From IMG/VR virus record IMGVR_UViG_2671180740_000004, positions 1 to 26,600 of that record: a stretch of 26,600 nt of DNA. One strand, given 5' to 3'. Within the stretch, counting starts at the first letter, position 1, and every line of letters begins with the position of its first letter. The translations under genes and the position numbers were made by a program. Below the pieces are notes generated by a model. That model saw only the letters and a list, made by a program, of their open reading frames with translations. It made no database searches and was not told the origin of the DNA. Source of the DNA: a virus (Duplodnaviria; Heunggongvirae; Uroviricota; Caudoviricetes). Shown piece by piece: positions 24,412-26,600 of this stretch.

Positions 24412-25437
24412 TTATATTTTTTCGATCTCGACCAGATTAGTGTGCTGCGGGTTTCCCTTCGCCAGTGGTGAAGGGCGCAGAGTGGTTAGCGTATTCACAC
24501 ATCCGCCATGGTCGATTTTATCGCCAGACATATTGGGCTCGTGCCAGGCTCCCTGGCCCATAGCGCTAACTCCAGGGAGAATGCGTGGTGTTACTTTGGC
24601 TGGTAGCCGAACTTCGCCACGATGGTTAAACACCCGCACCATATCGCCGTTGGCAATCCCACGTTTCTGTGCATCTATAGGGTTGATCCACACCTCCTGA
24701 CGGCAGGCTGCCTTCAGGACATCAATGTTGCCGTAGGTCGAGTGAGTACGGGATTTGTAATGGAAACCAAACAGTTGCAGTGGGAAGGTTCTACGTTCAG
24801 GGGAGTCCCAGCCTTCAAAGGTTGAGGCATAAACTGGCAGTGGGCTTATCACTTCATCTTTTTCCAGTTCCCAGGTACGGGCAATTTCCGCCAGCTTGCT
24901 GGAATAAATTTCAATCTTACCGGAAGGCGTTTTAAGTGGATTTGCCTCGGGGTCGTCACGAAATGCTTTGTAGGCGACAAAATGGCCATTGGGATCTTTA
25001 CGCTTATAGATACCCATTTTTTTCAGTTCGTCGTAAGACGGTAACGCCGGATCTTTGGCAAGCATTTTGGCGTACAGATGTTGTAACCATTGTTCCTGCG
25101 TGCGACCTTCTGTGAACTTTTGATAGACGTCAGGTCCAAGACGTTTCGCGACTTCACTCAGGATCCAGTAAATCGGTTTACGTTCGAATTTTTCGCTGGT
25201 GACTGGCTGGAGGAAAATGAGATATCCCATGTTACCGGCGTAGTCGTTAGGAATAATATCTTCCTGCTCAACGGTCATCAGGTCTTCCAGCAGAATGTCG
25301 GCATATTTTGCCGATGAGGTCATAAAGTTTTCGATGACCACAATCATTTCGCATTTCGATTCGTCCTGCAGAATTTCATGCGTTTTGTTGATGTCAGAAT
25401 GCTGATTAACGAGGGTATTTCCCGCGTAGTTCCAGAT
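24412..25437 (-). pseudogene. ynfE: 3' portion (about 342 codons) of ynfE; the 5' half is replaced by foreign DNA
   Basis: DmsA-family similarity starts at ...IWNYAGNTLVNQHSD (codon at 25437) and runs to the stop at 24412. The 47 upstream codons of the track ORF are unrelated. Confidence 0.75.
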
Positions 25438-25503
25438 GGACTCCATTGCCAGACGGATGGATGGACTTGAAGTAGTTGACTCAATGCTACTTAAGGTCCT
25501 GAT

Positions 25504-26541
25504 ATGACTGACATTAATCATGATAACACTGTATATCCATCCAGTTCTTTCTCTGGGTCTCCCTATCGGTATCAGCAAGTCTACACCTCAAGCCCTGACA
25601 CAAGGCTGACACAAATCAATCTACTCAGCGTAGCTAAGCCTCAGTTAGTCCGCAGAGCCAATGGTCGATATACTATCCGCTTCAGACTCAAGGGACAGAC
25701 CACACCGTTTCTTTCAGTATCGACCCGCAGCACAGACAGGAGAGTAGCCACAATGCGTCAGAGAGAGCTTGCAGCCACCGCTAAGGCCTTCATGTTGGAT
25801 AGGCCTGAAGTCTCACTACAGGAGCTTACAGAGCATCTCCGGTCTATGGCTGAGCAGTTCCTGACAGACGCTAGTGACGATTACTGGAATGGACTTGAGG
25901 TCGCTACTCTGGTCGACGAGAAGTCCAACCTGAAGGAGCTAGCCGCTACGCAAGCCTTGAGTCTGGACCAGCAGAAGGGCATAAGGTTAGCGCTGGAAGT
26001 CCTGACCGCAGCACAGCAGAGAGTCGACACTGGTGATACCTCTGGTCTGATTAAGCTGATTGATGATAATAACCTTACTGATGACTCAACTATAGGCGAC
26101 TCTACGTCAATTCTGAATAATGAGCAGGGGGATAGACCGGCAGTTTTCACACAGGAGCGCCAGTCATCTGTAGTTTTTTCAAGCCTAGTGTCCTCGCTGC
26201 TGGCTGAGAAGGTCCAGACCCTGAAGACATCCAGCTACAAGGACCTCTCGTCCTCACTCAATACTGTCTCCCGGTTCCTGCCTGAAGACATGGACCTGAT
26301 GTCCCGCTCTGGGTGGCTGGCTGTCAGGGACTCTATGCTGGCTTCTGAGGTGAGACCATCGACAATCAACAAGCTGCTGACCAAAGCGAAGATGTGTCTC
26401 GATTATGGCCTGATGAATGGGCAACTTGAGGGCCGCAACCCTATTGAACGGATGAAGCTGACCAAGGATATCGACTCCAAGCGCAGAGCGTTCACAGACG
26501 AGGAGCTGGAGAGACTTCTGGTCCGTGTTGAGTCTGAGTGA
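25504..26541 (+). pseudogene. tyrosine recombinase/integrase, N-terminal and core-binding parts only, truncated by an IS
   Basis: LVRRANGRYTIRFRLKG...SVSTRSTDRRVA resembles the N-terminal motif of one integrase class. ...TINKLLTKAKMCLDYGLMNGQLEGRNPIERMKL...KRRAFTDEELERLL marks the core-binding to catalytic transition. No R-H-R-Y catalytic region is present, because the stop TGA (26539-26541) is the first three bases of the IS end. Confidence 0.55.
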
Positions 26542-26600
26542 AGTGGCACACTGAATTTGGCCACCTGAACAGAGGTGATATGCTCACCTCAGAACAACAC
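26539..26600 (+). mobile_element. IS3-family (IS911-like) left end; the body lies off-window to the right
   Basis: TGAAGTGGCACACTGAATTTGGCCACC resembles the IS911 IRL pattern TGAAGTGG...TGGCCACC. GAGGTG followed by ATG 26579 looks like an orfA start. Only 62 bp are visible. Confidence 0.6.

Noticed and set aside
22379-25317. Plus-strand ORFs antisense to ynfF and ynfE (e.g. 23611-24054, 24122-24700, 25090-25317)
   Set aside because: They lie opposite well-supported DmsA-family coding sequence and have no RBS or recognisable motifs.
25529-25544. LexA-box-like CTGTATATCCATCCAG (CTGT-N8-CCAG) near the start of the integrase-bearing element
   Set aside because: It lies 25 nt inside the only reading frame with a canonical start (ATG 25504). 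It has no promoter alongside and its second half-site is imperfect. It is probably a chance match.

Overview
Enterobacterial (E. coli/Shigella-type) chromosomal segment in which the minus-strand ynfE-ynfF-ynfG locus (DMSO-reductase family, about 22.2-25.4 kb) is disrupted by mobile DNA. Bases 1-60 are the outward end of an IS1-family element. Bases 61-17303 are the plus-strand late, tail-distal arm of a lambdoid prophage: tail proteins, an FN3-type tail fibre, an AT-rich accessory block with lom and an unannotated hok-type toxin, four small putative internal-virion proteins, and one 2,793-aa polyvalent protein with two HExxH motifs. From memory this layout matches short-tailed Stx-type (933W-like) phages; that needs a BLAST check. 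Bases 17304-17695 are a scarred junction holding a truncated Panacea/DUF4065 antitoxin gene and no int, xis or att. Bases 17696-22218 are a minus-strand lambdoid early-left accessory block: DUF551, PD-(D/E)xK, Ea22-like and TraR-like genes, then two tandem AntA antirepressor modules, each with a promoter, a promoter-proximal terminator and a covarying structured leader. The phage DNA abuts codon 28 of ynfG. ynfF carries a frameshifting internal deletion of about 0.39 kb. ynfE is cut at 25437 by a second element whose tyrosine-recombinase gene is itself cut by an IS3-family (IS911-like) end at 26539. No tRNA, rRNA or CRISPR array was seen. The most interesting items are the antirepressor riboregulatory modules, the giant polyvalent protein with its upstream cassette, and the hok-like locus.
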